This document shows, one piece after another, positions 53,241 to 53,290 of a stretch of 53,290 nt of DNA. The translations under genes were made by a program, and so were the position numbers. How positions within the stretch are numbered: position 1 is the stretch's first letter; every line of letters starts with the position of its first letter. The notes under the pieces are model-generated. The model had not been told where the DNA came from, ran no database searches, and saw only the letters and a list, made by a program, of their open reading frames with translations. Source of the stretch: a virus; the UHGV virus genome UHGV-0119950; one strand, 5' to 3'.

Positions 53241-53290
53241 AAAAAGTGTCTGTCGTAAATAGTATCTGCCCGGCATGGCCCATCAATGTG

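Overview
The window holds a chromosomal phoQ'(start)-phoP segment (1-724, minus strand), then a roughly 50-kb lambdoid siphovirus-type prophage, then a LexA-boxed umuDC operon (51553-53240). All calls rest on reading the ORF translations and the DNA by eye, and on remembered family motifs; no database search was possible.

The prophage integrase stop codon lies only 70 nt from the phoP start codon. Prophage layout, left to right:
- int-xis
- a leftward early operon with recE/recT and a chain of translationally coupled micro-ORFs
- an immunity region: a repressor without a cleavage domain, divergent from a Cro-like gene and a YdaT/CII-like gene
- lambda O/P-type replication genes with an iteron origin inside the O-like gene
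- a long nin-like block ending in a 693-aa C5-cytosine methyltransferase
- a LexA-boxed dinI-like operon, then DUF1367, a YbcO-like gene, RusA and Q
- a terminator-rich leader, then holins, a GH19 endolysin and overlapping spanins
- TerS, TerL, portal, MuF-like protein, scaffold and major capsid
- connector, tail tube, G/GT chaperones with an A-AAA-AAG slippery site, tape measure, tip proteins and a J-like protein
- a tailspike and a convergent O-antigen-type acyltransferase

The accessory cargo is the main interest:
1. A three-gene HigB-like / HTH / SecB-like cassette (toxin-antitoxin-chaperone architecture), plus a hidden 51-codon membrane ORF, directly downstream of the repressor.
2. An acr-aca-like pair (a 156-aa FHGS-motif protein plus a small HTH protein) with a palindromic operator.
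3. A glycosyltransferase island splitting the capsid and connector genes.
4. A three-gene AT-rich island between lysis and terminase.
5. A lipoprotein moron inside the tail module.
6. A methyltransferase with an eightfold-reiterated module in its variable region.

No rRNA, tRNA, CRISPR array or IS element was seen. The right prophage boundary (attR) could not be located.
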